A DNA stretch of 48,751 bases from Verrucomicrobiota bacterium (GCA_017853115.1 JAFMKE010000002.1:1-48751), one strand, 5' to 3'. Shown: positions 19,029-28,871, counted from the stretch's first letter. Numbers and translations are program-made. The notes: generated from the sequence alone by a model not told the origin.

Positions 19029-20364
19029 TTCGAACAATTAATTTAACTCTACCCACTCTATTCTTTTCCATACTAAGAACGGTGAATGCGTAGTTTTTGT
19101 ATGTAAACTCTGCTCCTTTTTTGGGTAGTTCGCCAGACAATTCTAAAACTAAACCCGCCAAGGTGCCTATTTCAGTTGCAAACTCTTCAAACTCTTCTTC
19201 TTCTATCTCAAGGACATCACACATATCTAGCAGTGTTATCTTTGAATCAAAAACAAAACTATTCTTATTAATCTTCTTGTAGGATTGTTCAAAATCTTCA
19301 TCAAACTCATCACGAATTTCACCCAAAACTTCCTCCAAAATATCTTCTAGCGTAACCAAGCCTTTCGTTCCACCATATTCATCTACCACTATAGCTTGAT
19401 GCTTTCTGTTTTCTTGAATTTCACGAAGTAGGTCATCTATTTTCTTCGCTTCAGGAACAAAGAATGGCTCACGAACCAATGTTTGCCAAGCAAAATCTTC
19501 GCCCTTGTCGACATGTTCAATCAAATCTTTGAGGTACAAGACTCCTTCAATTTTATCGATATTCTCCTCATAAACGGGCATTCTTGAATAGCCTGAATCG
19601 CGAACCAAATCCAAAATTTCTTTAAAACTATAGCTCAACTTAACTGCTACGATATCGATGCGTGGTACCATTATTTGCTTCACTGTGGTATTCCCAAAGT
19701 GCACAATGCCTTTCAACATTTCAACATCCTCCTGGGAAGTACCATCGCTTGTACTTAAATCAATCGCTTTTTCAATTTCTTCCAAATCTATCTCGTGATT
19801 AAATCGCTCAAAACGCTTTTCCATAAGCAAGCCTGATTTTACCAGCAACCATCCCAAAGGGTAGGTTAAACCGCGAAGAACGGTGAAAAACCTCGCCGTG
19901 GTTTTAGCCAAAAATAAATTGTTTTGCGTAGCAAATACTTTCGGCGAAACCTCGCCGAAAAAAACTAATATCGGGGTTAATAATGCTGCGTTCACCAATG
20001 CAATAATCTCAAGGCTATATGGCAACAATTCATTCATTAAAAAATTGAATAAGATAATAATGGATACATTGACAAAGTTGTTTGAAATAAGTATCGTTGC
20101 CAGCAGCAATCTTGGTCTTTCAAGCAATTTTTTAACGCGCAGCTCACTCTTGTCTTCGCTGTCTCTCAACTCATCCAACTGGGCAGGGGAAAGCGAAAAG
20201 AAGGCTACTTCAGATCCTGAAATAAGTGCAGAAGCCACTAAAAGCAACAACAAGATTAGAAAAATTGGTAAAATGTAGAAACTGGCAGATTCAACAAGTA
20301 GAACGCTCAGCCAAATGAAAAAATTGATTGGTTCCGAGGGAGGTATATCACTTTCCACAAACAA
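19021..20364 (-). CDS. gldE: gliding motility-associated protein GldE (DUF21-CBS-CorC/HlyC family)
   Basis: N-terminal DUF21 TM domain, tandem CBS domains and a C-terminal CorC_HlyC domain. Synteny with gldD, ssb and mutY. Apparent TTG start, so the start is uncertain. Confidence 0.85.
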   Translation of the reverse strand: MFVESDIPPSEPINFFIWLSVLLVESASFYILPIFLILLLLLVASALISGSEVAFFSLSPAQLDELRDSEDKSELRVKKLLERPRLLLATILISNNFVNVSIIILFNFLMNELLPYSLEIIALVNAALLTPILVFFGEVSPKVFATQNNLFLAKTTARFFTVLRGLTYPLGWLLVKSGLLMEKRFERFNHEIDLEEIEKAIDLSTSDGTSQEDVEMLKGIVHFGNTTVKQIMVPRIDIVAVKLSYSFKEILDLVRDSGYSRMPVYEENIDKIEGVLYLKDLIEHVDKGEDFAWQTLVREPFFVPEAKKIDDLLREIQENRKHQAIVVDEYGGTKGLVTLEDILEEVLGEIRDEFDEDFEQSYKKINKNSFVFDSKITLLDMCDVLEIEEEEFEEFATEIGTLAGLVLELSGELPKKGAEFTYKNYAFTVLSMEKNRVGRVKLIVRNG

Positions 20365-20381
20365 GGTTTTCGTTAGAAAAA

Positions 20382-20840
20382 TTAAAATGGTAAATCATCC
20401 GCTATGTCGTCACTGGGTGAAGTATTTGCTGACGTACCTGCATTAGATGCCGAATTCGATGGCGCGGCATTATTCGACTCATAGGGTGATGAATCATCTC
20501 CACCACTAGAGTCTCTTTTCTCCAGCATTTTAAATGAGTCAACAACCACTTCGGTAGTATATCGTTTATTTCCACTTTGGTCATCCCAGCTTCTCGTGCG
20601 AAGCTTTCCTTCTACATAAACTAAGTGACCTTTTTGCAAATACTTTTCTGCTACATCCACGAGTCCTTTTCGCCATATGGCCAGGTTGTGCCATTCCGTT
20701 TGTTCAATCCGCTTGCCTTCCCTATCAGTGTATGACTCACTAGTCGCTAAGGTAAAATTGCATACCGAAGAATTGTTGTCGAAGTGTCTAACCTCAGGGT
20801 CCTTTCCTAGTCTACCAACAAGGGTAACTTTGTTTATCAT
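20382..20840 (-). CDS. ssb: single-stranded DNA-binding protein
   Basis: 'MINKVTLVGRLGKDPEVR' OB-fold, Gly/Ser/Asn-rich linker and the acidic C-terminal tip 'DDLPF'. Confidence 0.95.
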   Translation of the reverse strand: MINKVTLVGRLGKDPEVRHFDNNSSVCNFTLATSESYTDREGKRIEQTEWHNLAIWRKGLVDVAEKYLQKGHLVYVEGKLRTRSWDDQSGNKRYTTEVVVDSFKMLEKRDSSGGDDSSPYESNNAAPSNSASNAGTSANTSPSDDIADDLPF

Positions 20841-20854
20841 AATTCAAAAATATC

Positions 20855-21925
20855 TTATTCTAAAATTAGCTTTTTACCCTGTAAATACAAAATAAAAATT
20901 TTTGGAAACGCAAAGGTAGATAAATTTCGAGTAGCAATAAAGTTTAGCTGGGTGTCTGTTATGTTTTTCGCATCGATTTCAACAAAAACAACATGAATTT
21001 TCTGGTGACTCAACTGCTGCTTAAAAACCTCTGTAAAAGAATAAAAGTTAAGGTCTTCTGATTGAAAGTAGCCATGTGCCACTTCATCAATTTGCTTTTC
21101 CATGTTTCCATCAAAACCCTTCACCTCCTGCCAGGGCAATTGATAAAGTCCTTGCCAGATATCTTTCCCTTTGCGTTGCTCAATTGCTATTGATCCATTC
21201 TTTTCAATATGGAAGGCAAAGAAAAAGCGCGATTTTGATTGCACCCTATTTTTACGAACAGGCAAGTCATTGGTTGCATTATTTTTAAAAGCCTCGCAAT
21301 CCTTTTGAAAGGGACAAAGCTCGCATAAAGGCTTTTTCGGCGTACAAACTGTTGCACCGAAATCCATCATCGCCTGATTGAATATACCAGGCCAATTTTT
21401 CGGCGTTAACTCATTCGCCAAAACGTCGAATTGCTTGCGACCATCAGCTGTGTCAAAGGGTTCTTGAATTTGATAAATCCTAGATAAAACGCGAATCACA
21501 TTTCCATCAACTGCGGCAACCGCCTCATCAAAAGCAAAGGATGCTATTGCGGCGGCTGTATACTTTCCGACACCCTTAAGCTTCAAAAGCTTTGCGTATG
21601 ATTGCGGAAATTTTCCTTCATAATTTTGTACAATATCCTTTGCCGTAAAATGTAAATTTCTGGCTCGGGAATAATAACCTAATCCTTGCCATAATTTGAG
21701 GACCTCATCTTCGCTTGCCTGGGCGAGATCATGTACGCTTGGATAAGCCGAAATAAATCGCTCGTAATATCCTAAACCCTGTTGTACCCGAGTCTGTTGA
21801 AGAATGATTTCCGACAACCAGATGCGATAAGGATCTTTTTCTCCCTTCCATGGCATCTGCCGATGATTTTCCCGATCATTCCAATCGAACAAGATGTTTT
21901 GAAACCGTGATTTTGTTAATGTCAT
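20855..21925 (-). CDS. mutY: A/G-specific adenine DNA glycosylase
   Basis: HhH-GPD core ('LKGVGKYTAAAI'), 4Fe-4S cluster loop 'CTPKKPLCELCPFQKDC' and a C-terminal NUDIX-like domain. Confidence 0.93.
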   Translation of the reverse strand: MTLTKSRFQNILFDWNDRENHRQMPWKGEKDPYRIWLSEIILQQTRVQQGLGYYERFISAYPSVHDLAQASEDEVLKLWQGLGYYSRARNLHFTAKDIVQNYEGKFPQSYAKLLKLKGVGKYTAAAIASFAFDEAVAAVDGNVIRVLSRIYQIQEPFDTADGRKQFDVLANELTPKNWPGIFNQAMMDFGATVCTPKKPLCELCPFQKDCEAFKNNATNDLPVRKNRVQSKSRFFFAFHIEKNGSIAIEQRKGKDIWQGLYQLPWQEVKGFDGNMEKQIDEVAHGYFQSEDLNFYSFTEVFKQQLSHQKIHVVFVEIDAKNITDTQLNFIATRNLSTFAFPKIFILYLQGKKLILE

Positions 21926-22023
21926 TTTACATCAAAGTGCTAATTTAGCGCCTTTTACAGCTGTCTTTATATTTTTTTTGTTATTTTCATCTAAACTAAA
22001 GACTAATACTAAAATTAAACCTC

Positions 22024-22311
22024 ATGAGAAAAGCTGATTTAGTTAACAAAATATCTGATAAAACTGGCGTACCGAAGGTAGACACACTGGTAATTATCGA
22101 AAGTATGCTTAAAGAAATTAAAGATTCTTTGCGAGAAGGAGAAAACGTATATTTGCGCGGATTTGGTAGTTTTATTATCAAAACACGTGCAGAAAAAATA
22201 GGTAGAAATATCAAGAAAAATACAGCTATCGTTATTCCTGCGCACAACATCCCCGCCTTTAAACCTGCAAAGGTTTTTGTAGAGTCGGTTAAAAAAGGAA
22301 ACAAAGTTTAA
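22024..22311 (+). CDS. HU family DNA-binding protein
   Basis: 95 aa; 'LRGFGSFIIKTRAEKIGRNIKKNTAIVIPAHNIPAFKP' is the HU/IHF beta-arm signature. Confidence 0.9.
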   Translation: MRKADLVNKISDKTGVPKVDTLVIIESMLKEIKDSLREGENVYLRGFGSFIIKTRAEKIGRNIKKNTAIVIPAHNIPAFKPAKVFVESVKKGNKV

Positions 22312-22323
22312 TCTAAATAAAAC

Positions 22324-23136
22324 ATGCAGAAAGGCCCTCTTGCCGCTGTCGCAATTGCCGCGATCGCTCTCATAGGTATTTACCTATTCACCGACATAAA
22401 ACAAGCCAAAACAACAAAAGTTGCCGAAAATACAACAGCAATAGTTCAAGCAGGGAACGAGTATATTCAATCCTTTTTAAATAGCCTGGATCAATCAAAA
22501 CGCGAATTGGCTTCTGCGCTATATCAGCGTGTAGAGGAACAGGACACTGTCGCAGTAGATGAACTTATTCGCTTCTACGAGGATGTACAGCAGTACAATT
22601 TTGCTGCTTATATGCATAGCTTAAAAGCAGAGCTATCCCCTAGTCGAGCAAACTGGGAATTAGCAGGAGATCGACAACTAAGCGTGAGTAACAACGAAGC
22701 ATACGATAACGATTTTAACGAAGTTCTCTACCAAGAAGCCCTAAGTTCATACCAGAAAGCCATCGATTTGGACAGTAACAACCTCGACCTACAAGTCAAA
22801 TTAGGAAGCGCTATAGTAGACCGCAGCCCACAACCGATGCAGGGAATTAGTTTACTTTTAGGGGTTATCGAAAAGGATAGCATGCATATCAATGGCAATT
22901 TGGCTCTTGGGAAATTTGGCATTATTTCAGGCCAATACGATAAAGCTATTATTAGATTAGAAAAAGTACTATCTTTGCAGCCCCAAAACACCGAAGCTTT
23001 ATTCCTTTCGGCTGAAGCATACAGTAATTTGGGAAACACGGACAAAGCCATTGAAGCACTTAACTTGTGTAAGGATTTAGTGGAAAACGAAGACTTGAAA
23101 AAAGAAATTGATGCCTACTTGCAGCAATTACTTTGA
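22324..23136 (+). CDS. membrane-anchored tetratricopeptide-repeat protein
   Basis: N-terminal TM (AAVAIAAIALIGIYLF). C-terminal TPR-like helices ('YQKAIDLDSNN', 'LEKVLSLQPQNTEALFLSAEAYSNLGNTDKAIEAL'). Confidence 0.65.
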   Translation: MQKGPLAAVAIAAIALIGIYLFTDIKQAKTTKVAENTTAIVQAGNEYIQSFLNSLDQSKRELASALYQRVEEQDTVAVDELIRFYEDVQQYNFAAYMHSLKAELSPSRANWELAGDRQLSVSNNEAYDNDFNEVLYQEALSSYQKAIDLDSNNLDLQVKLGSAIVDRSPQPMQGISLLLGVIEKDSMHINGNLALGKFGIISGQYDKAIIRLEKVLSLQPQNTEALFLSAEAYSNLGNTDKAIEALNLCKDLVENEDLKKEIDAYLQQLL

Positions 23137-23171
23137 AGATAAATTGTAGTTAACAATAAAAAAACTTGAAT

Positions 23172-23264
23172 TATGCCAAGTGGTAAAAAACGTAAAAGAC
23201 ATAAGATTGCTACGCACAAGCGTAAGAAGAGACTAAGAAAGAATCGTCATAAGAACAAGAAGTA
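23172..23264 (+). CDS. 30-aa hyper-basic peptide, probable bS22-type (mS38/Cox24-like) small-subunit ribosomal protein
   Basis: ATG…TAG ORF that I translated by hand as MPSGKKRKRHKIATHKRKKRLRKNRHKNKK. It is below the 60-aa track cutoff. 20 of 30 residues are K, R or H. An intrinsic terminator follows directly. It resembles the KKRKR…HK(R/K)KKRLRKxRHK pattern of bS22. Confidence 0.6.
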
Positions 23265-23305
23265 GATTCCTGCCTCTTGCTTTCATACTTTTAAACTATA
23301 TCGCT

Positions 23306-23331
23306 AAAACCACTCGATTCGGGTGGTTTTT
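23306..23331 (+). terminator. intrinsic terminator after the small basic ORF
   Basis: aaaaCCACTC-gattc-GGGTGGttttt. The stem is 6 bp including one G-U, extendable by A-U pairs, and is followed by T5. Confidence 0.65.
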
Positions 23332-23353
23332 AGTCGTTAAAATAACTTAGTCT

Positions 23354-24898
23354 TTGGAAAAAGAACTTATCATAAGAAGTACAGCCAAGGGCAATGAAAT
23401 AGCACTTCTCGAAAACAAAAAACTTGTAGAGTTACATCTAGATAAAGACGACCACCCTTTTAAAGTGGGGGATGTTTTTTTGGGAAGGGTGCGAAAAGTA
23501 ATGCCTGGCATGAATGCAGCCTTCGTGGACATTGGCTACGAAAAGGATGCTTTTTTGCATTACACCGACCTAGGACCTGGCTTCAAAACTTTTCAAACAT
23601 TCTTTAAAGGCGTTCTGGCTGGTAATGTTAACCACATTAATCAAGTCAAATATCAGACGCCTATAGACAAGGGTGGAAAAATCAATGAAGTACTTAGTGC
23701 AAAAACCCTAATTCCTGTTCAGGTTTTTAAAGAGCCTATCAGCAGTAAAGGACCACGATTAACAACGGATATCTCAATCGCCGGAAGGTACTTAATTCTA
23801 ACTCCTTTCGTTCAAACGGTAGGTGTTTCAAAGAAAATCAAGTCTGACGAAGAGCGCGATAGATTAAAACGCTTACTCAAAAGTCTTACCCCAAAGAATT
23901 TTGGGGTGATTATCCGAACCTTTGCTCAGGGCAAAGGCGCTGCCGAATTGCACAAAGACTTAACCAACCTCATCCAGAAATGGGAGTTGATGTTGAGCAA
24001 CTTAAAGAGTGCTACTTATCGTCAAAAAGTACTAACGGAGATAGATAAATCTTCGGTCCTTATACGCGATTTAATGAGCGATAAGTTTAAAGCTATTCAT
24101 ACATCTGACGCGGTTCTTGCGGGTGAATTGGAAGCATACATAGAAAGCGTTGCGCCCGACCAAAAAGACATTGTCAACATTTATAAAGGTAAAAATCCAA
24201 TATTTGACCACTTCGACGTCACGCGTCAAATCAAATCCAGCTTTGGAAATACCGTTAATTTTGGTAAAGGCCCTTACCTGGTTATTGAACATACCGAAGC
24301 CTTGCATGTAGTGGATGTCAATAGTGGACACAAAGTAGGTTTAAAAGGCGACCAAGAAAGCAATGCTACATCTGTGAATATGCTGGCCGCGGAAGAACTT
24401 GCCCGTCAGTTGCGCTTAAGAGATATCGGAGGCATTGTAGTTGTCGATTTTATCGACATGAAGAAAGCAGAAAACCGCAAGCAAGTTTACGACAAAATGA
24501 AGGAGCTGCTGAAAATAGACAAGGCTACCACGAATGTTTTGCCTCTTTCTAAGTTTAACCTGATGCAAATAACTCGTCAGCGTGTACGGCCGCAAGTTGA
24601 AATCAGCACCAAAGAAAACTGCCCAACCTGCGGAGGAACAGGCAAAATTGAATCTAGTTTGTTGTTAATGGATCAAATAAACAACCAAGTGGATTATTTA
24701 GCCAATAATGAACTAAAATTCACACTTATTGTGCATCCGTTTATTGAAGCGTTTATTAAAAAAGGCTTTCCATCCCAGCAATTTCAATGGTGGTGGGAAT
24801 ACAAGCAATGGATTAAAGTTAGATCAGATGAAAATTTGGCGCTAACTGATTACAAATTCGAAAACCTACTAGGTAACGAAATCGACTTGACCGTTTAA
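23354..24898 (+). CDS. rng: Rne/Rng family ribonuclease (RNase G-like)
   Basis: N-terminal S1 domain ('[24 protein letters not shown]'), catalytic core ('[16 protein letters not shown]', '[11 protein letters not shown]') and Zn-link 'CPTCGGTG'. TTG start. Confidence 0.9.
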   Translation: MEKELIIRSTAKGNEIALLENKKLVELHLDKDDHPFKVGDVFLGRVRKVMPGMNAAFVDIGYEKDAFLHYTDLGPGFKTFQTFFKGVLAGNVNHINQVKYQTPIDKGGKINEVLSAKTLIPVQVFKEPISSKGPRLTTDISIAGRYLILTPFVQTVGVSKKIKSDEERDRLKRLLKSLTPKNFGVIIRTFAQGKGAAELHKDLTNLIQKWELMLSNLKSATYRQKVLTEIDKSSVLIRDLMSDKFKAIHTSDAVLAGELEAYIESVAPDQKDIVNIYKGKNPIFDHFDVTRQIKSSFGNTVNFGKGPYLVIEHTEALHVVDVNSGHKVGLKGDQESNATSVNMLAAEELARQLRLRDIGGIVVVDFIDMKKAENRKQVYDKMKELLKIDKATTNVLPLSKFNLMQITRQRVRPQVEISTKENCPTCGGTGKIESSLLLMDQINNQVDYLANNELKFTLIVHPFIEAFIKKGFPSQQFQWWWEYKQWIKVRSDENLALTDYKFENLLGNEIDLTV

Positions 24899-25617
24899 TG
24901 ATGGGACAGAAGCTCTCCATATTAATACCCACATACAACGAAGAACAAACCATCCATTTAATACTCAACAAAGTCCTTGATGTTGAGCTTCTAGACAAAC
25001 TGGATAAAGAAATCATTCTAGTCAACGATTGTTCTACGGATGGAACCGAACAGGCGATAAAAAATTATATAGCTACCCATCCAAATGATCACTTCATCTA
25101 TTTATCCCATGCACAAAATAAGGGCAAAGGTGCTGCGCTTCATACGGGAATTGAAGCAGCCACTGGCGATTACCTTATTATTCAAGATGCCGACTTGGAG
25201 TACGATCCAAAGGAATACAACATCCTTTTGCAACCCATGTTGGAAGGTCATGCAGATGTCGTATTTGGTAGCCGATTCATGGGCGGAAAACCACACCGCA
25301 TCTTATTCTTCTGGCATTCAATTGGCAACCAATTTTTAACTTTCTTAAGCAATATGTTCACCAATCTGAACCTTACAGATATGGAAACATGCTATAAGTT
25401 GTTCAGAACAGACATCATTAAAAGTCTCCAGCTCAAAGAAAAACGCTTTGGCTTCGAACCAGAAGTCACTTCCAAAGTTGCCAAGATTAAAAATATTCGC
25501 ATTTATGAGGTGGGCATCAGTTACTACGGCCGCACCTATGAGGAAGGAAAAAAAATAGGCTGGAAAGATGGAGTAAGGGCGATATATTGTATCGTTAAAT
25601 ACGGCTTATTCAATTAA
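24898..25617 (+). CDS. family 2 glycosyltransferase (polyprenol-phosphate sugar transferase-like)
   Basis: '[11 protein letters not shown]', 'VNDCSTDGT', '[10 protein letters not shown]' (DxD). Its ATG overlaps the rng stop (TAATG). Confidence 0.85.
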   Translation: MMGQKLSILIPTYNEEQTIHLILNKVLDVELLDKLDKEIILVNDCSTDGTEQAIKNYIATHPNDHFIYLSHAQNKGKGAALHTGIEAATGDYLIIQDADLEYDPKEYNILLQPMLEGHADVVFGSRFMGGKPHRILFFWHSIGNQFLTFLSNMFTNLNLTDMETCYKLFRTDIIKSLQLKEKRFGFEPEVTSKVAKIKNIRIYEVGISYYGRTYEEGKKIGWKDGVRAIYCIVKYGLFN

Positions 25618-25639
25618 GAATTAACAATTATGAATAGCT

Positions 25640-25830
25640 TGGTACTAAGTACTTGTCACTAAGCACTCAGTACTCCAGATTGTCTGACTTCTGATATCTG
25701 ACGGCTCATTCTTGAATTTTGATTGCCTGAATTTTGAATGAGAGAATAGTTCAAGGTTAAAAGCTTACGTGCTTCGCATTGGGGTTTTCGAATTTTATCT
25801 AGTATCTGTCGGCTGACATCTAATATCTCT
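25640..25830. repeat. intergenic cluster of short direct 'word' repeats
   Basis: TGAATTTTGA occurs at 25713-25722 and 25728-25737. CTGACtTCTgATATCT / ATCTGaCGGCT words at 25684-25706 recur in permuted order at 25803-25828. ACTAAGTACT / CACTAAGCACT / CAGTACT lie at 25643-25675. Confidence 0.5.
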
Positions 25831-25867
25831 TCTTACCTTTACTCCGCTTTCAACTTCATATAAATCC

Positions 25868-27730
25868 ATGCAATATCTCCAAGTCGATAGTGTATCCAAG
25901 CGCTACGGTGAAAAACTACTCTTTGAAAACATTTCTTTCCTTGTCAACAAAGGGGATAAAGTTGCCTTAGTAGCAGCTAATGGAACAGGCAAATCTTCTT
26001 TGGTACGTGCATTAGCAGGCATAGAAAAACAAGATAGTGGAAGCATTCATTTTGCTCGAGATATTCGAGTAGAATACCTACTTCAAGAACCTGCAATTGA
26101 TAGTAGTATGAGCATTTTAGAGAATGTACTCTTCACAGACAACCTAGCTAGTAAAGCCATTATTAATTACGAAAAAGCTTTGTCACATCCCGGGGAAGAG
26201 GAGGCTATGACCCGAGCAATCGCCCAAATGGATGCGGCACATGCTTGGGACTATGAAACGCGCGTAAAGCAGTTGCTTTTCAAATTGGACATTAAAGATT
26301 TTAACCAAAATGCTGCGCACCTTTCAGGCGGTGAAAAAAAACGTGTGGCATTAGCCAAGGTGCTAGTTAATGAACCAGACTTTCTTATCCTCGATGAGCC
26401 TACTAACCACCTCGATTTAGAAATGATAGAGTGGTTAGAAGAGTGGTTGATTCAAAGCAAGATAACCTTATTCCTTATCACCCATGATCGTTATTTTCTC
26501 GAGAGAGTTTGTACCCGAATCATTGAAATTGAAAACGGAAAACTCTACAACTACAGTGGAAATTATTCTGATTATTTAGAGAAAAAAGAAGCGCGAGAAA
26601 TCAATGAAGCTGCCAACGTGGCTAAGGCTAAAAACCTCATGCGTACGGAGCTTGAATGGATGCGAAGAATGCCAAAGGCACGAGGTACTAAATCTAAGGC
26701 ACGAATTGAATCGTTTTACGAGCTCAAAAAGCAGGCAAGTAAGCGTATCGACAAAGAAGAGGTCGAATTACAAATCAATCCAGAACGATTGGGTAGTAAG
26801 ATTTTAGAATTACATAAGATATCAAAATCATTTGGTGATAAAGTCTTATTCAAGGATGTTGAATACAAGTTTAAGCGTTTTGATAAAGTGGGAATTATCG
26901 GGGTTAACGGCTCTGGGAAGTCGACATTCTTAAAGGTACTGACCGGAAAAATCGAACCGGATAAAGGTAAAGTAGTTATTGGCGAAACTATCAAGTTTGG
27001 CATTTACAGTCAAGATGGCATGGCACTTAAGGAAGGAATGAAAGTCATAGATGTGGTTCGTGAATTTGGCGAATACATTCCTTTGAAAGGGGGGAGTAAG
27101 ATCACTGCTAGCCAGCTGCTTGAGCGCTTCTTGTTTCCAAGTTATATGCATTACGTGCATGTTGATCGACTAAGCGGTGGAGAAAAGCGAAGATTATATC
27201 TTTTAACTGTGCTCATTCAAAATCCAAATTTCCTCATCCTCGATGAGCCTACTAACGATTTGGATCTAATGACATTAAATGTGCTCGAAGATTTTCTTTT
27301 AGATTTTCCTGGCTGTCTGCTTATTGTTTCACACGACCGATATTTCATGGACAAGCTGGTGGACCACGTTTTTGTGTTTGAGGAAAATGGAGCTATAGCC
27401 GATTTTCCGGGTAGTTACTCTTTTTATAGAGAGAAGCAAGAAGAAACAGCCTATGAGAAAAGTGTTGAGAAAGCAAGTAAAGTAGTCAAAGACCAAAATA
27501 ACACGCAATCTGACGATAACAAACTGAGCTATGAGGAAAGGAAGCAGTATAATCGTTTGGAAAAGGAAATTGAAAAACTTGAAGCGAAGAAAGTAACATT
27601 ACACGAGCGTATGGCAGTGGTGGTTAATGATTTCGAAGAACTCAACCAATTGAACAAAGAATTAAAGGAAATCGAGGTTTTGATTGACGATAAAACCATG
27701 GAATGGCTGGATTTAGCCGAACGTGCTTAA
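25868..27730 (+). CDS. ABC-F family ATPase (Uup-like, no membrane domain)
   Basis: Two ABC cassettes: Walker A 'AANGTGKS' and 'GVNGSGKS', signatures 'LSGGEKKR' and 'LSGGEKRR', Walker B 'ILDEPTN' twice. Also an inter-domain linker and a C-terminal Lys/Glu coiled coil. Confidence 0.9.
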   Translation: MQYLQVDSVSKRYGEKLLFENISFLVNKGDKVALVAANGTGKSSLVRALAGIEKQDSGSIHFARDIRVEYLLQEPAIDSSMSILENVLFTDNLASKAIINYEKALSHPGEEEAMTRAIAQMDAAHAWDYETRVKQLLFKLDIKDFNQNAAHLSGGEKKRVALAKVLVNEPDFLILDEPTNHLDLEMIEWLEEWLIQSKITLFLITHDRYFLERVCTRIIEIENGKLYNYSGNYSDYLEKKEAREINEAANVAKAKNLMRTELEWMRRMPKARGTKSKARIESFYELKKQASKRIDKEEVELQINPERLGSKILELHKISKSFGDKVLFKDVEYKFKRFDKVGIIGVNGSGKSTFLKVLTGKIEPDKGKVVIGETIKFGIYSQDGMALKEGMKVIDVVREFGEYIPLKGGSKITASQLLERFLFPSYMHYVHVDRLSGGEKRRLYLLTVLIQNPNFLILDEPTNDLDLMTLNVLEDFLLDFPGCLLIVSHDRYFMDKLVDHVFVFEENGAIADFPGSYSFYREKQEETAYEKSVEKASKVVKDQNNTQSDDNKLSYEERKQYNRLEKEIEKLEAKKVTLHERMAVVVNDFEELNQLNKELKEIEVLIDDKTMEWLDLAERA

Positions 27731-27739
27731 TAAGAACAA

Positions 27740-28054
27740 ATGGAAATGGGTGATTTTTTATTCTTTCTATTTTTAGCAAACACCATGCTGCATCTAGTTC
27801 AAGTATACCAATACGGGATGAAAGAACACAATAGGCCGACTTTACTCTTTGGTGTAGTCTTCCTCTTTCTCGCTTTTGCCTTGGACAAAGACCAGTCCTG
27901 GGTTAAATGGGCCTGCATAATGGTTCCTGCAGTTGGATTTATCGGTTTGTTAAGCGGATTCTCCGAAAGCCTGAAGCCGCGATGGTTGAATTATACGATG
28001 ATGACATTCAATTTAGTGCTTGCCGTTCTGAGTGTTATTCATTTTTTTACTTAA
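27740..28054 (+). CDS. small integral membrane protein, function unknown
   Basis: 104 aa with about four hydrophobic helices, 9 nt after the ABC-F stop. Confidence 0.45.
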   Translation: MEMGDFLFFLFLANTMLHLVQVYQYGMKEHNRPTLLFGVVFLFLAFALDKDQSWVKWACIMVPAVGFIGLLSGFSESLKPRWLNYTMMTFNLVLAVLSVIHFFT

Positions 28055-28062
28055 ACAAGCGC

Positions 28063-28467
28063 TCAGCTTGGAATATCCTGACAAAGCTCGATGAGGACGC
28101 CGCCTGTTGTTTTTGGATGAAAAAACATCACCAGTTTATTATCCGCACCTTTCTTCGGTTTCTCTAATAAGGCTTGAAATCCTTCACCTTTTAAGCGTGC
28201 TGTTTCCGCTTCAATATCCTCTACAGCAAAGGCAATATGGTGAATCCCTTCGCCTTTTTTGTCGATGTACGCGTGTATAGCACTTCGCTCGTCTGTGGCT
28301 TGTAATAATTCTATTTTATTCGGCCCAGCACGAAAAAATGAAGTCTTCACAAACTCGCTTTCAACGGCCTCCTCCTTGTACGGGCCAACACCAAACAGTT
28401 TGGTATACAATTCATTTGAAGCTTCTAAATCCTTTACCGCTATTCCAATATGTTCAATTTTTTTCAT
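28063..28467 (-). CDS. mce: methylmalonyl-CoA epimerase (VOC/glyoxalase superfamily)
   Basis: 'IEHIGIAVKDLE…', 'GIHHIAFAVEDIE' and 'GVLIELCQ' match the paired beta-alpha-beta-beta-beta VOC pattern of MCE. Confidence 0.8.
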   Translation of the reverse strand: MKKIEHIGIAVKDLEASNELYTKLFGVGPYKEEAVESEFVKTSFFRAGPNKIELLQATDERSAIHAYIDKKGEGIHHIAFAVEDIEAETARLKGEGFQALLEKPKKGADNKLVMFFHPKTTGGVLIELCQDIPS

Positions 28468-28532
28468 GGCTAAATCTTAGGAAACCAAATTTACAAAGCA
28501 TTTGTTTAACTTTACACTAAAGGCTAAACACC

Positions 28533-28859
28533 ATGTTGTTTGTATCCGATTCAGCGAAAAATAAGATTATAGAGCTTGTTCAAAATGAAGCAGACCCCTC
28601 AGCCACCTTCGTACGCGTAACGGTTTCAGGAGGTGGTTGTTCTGGATTGAGCTATAAAATGGATTTTGATACTCAGTTAAAACCGGATGATCAGGAGTTT
28701 GAAGACAAAGGAATCAAACTAGTTACTGATTTAAAGAGTTTTCTGTATATCGCAAATACCACACTCGATTTTTCAGATGGTCTCAATGGTAAAGGATTTC
28801 ACTTTGTGAATCCCAATGCGAGCAGGACCTGTTCCTGTGGGGAAAGTTTTGCCGTTTAA
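28533..28859 (+). CDS. iron-sulfur cluster insertion/assembly protein (IscA/ErpA/HesB family)
   Basis: 'GGGCSGLSY' and the C-terminal 'CSCGESF' give the three conserved Cys of A-type carriers. Confidence 0.9.
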   Translation: MLFVSDSAKNKIIELVQNEADPSATFVRVTVSGGGCSGLSYKMDFDTQLKPDDQEFEDKGIKLVTDLKSFLYIANTTLDFSDGLNGKGFHFVNPNASRTCSCGESFAV

Positions 28860-28871
28860 TTCTGTCAAGTG

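Noticed and set aside
25868-27730. ABC-F protein as an antibiotic-resistance (ARE) ribosome-protection factor with leader-peptide attenuation.
   Set aside because: The 620-aa length with a long C-terminal Lys/Glu coiled coil looks Uup-like, that is, housekeeping. The upstream 10-codon uORF is 200 nt away, and I could not find terminator/antiterminator hairpins. There is no sequence-level support for an ARE call.
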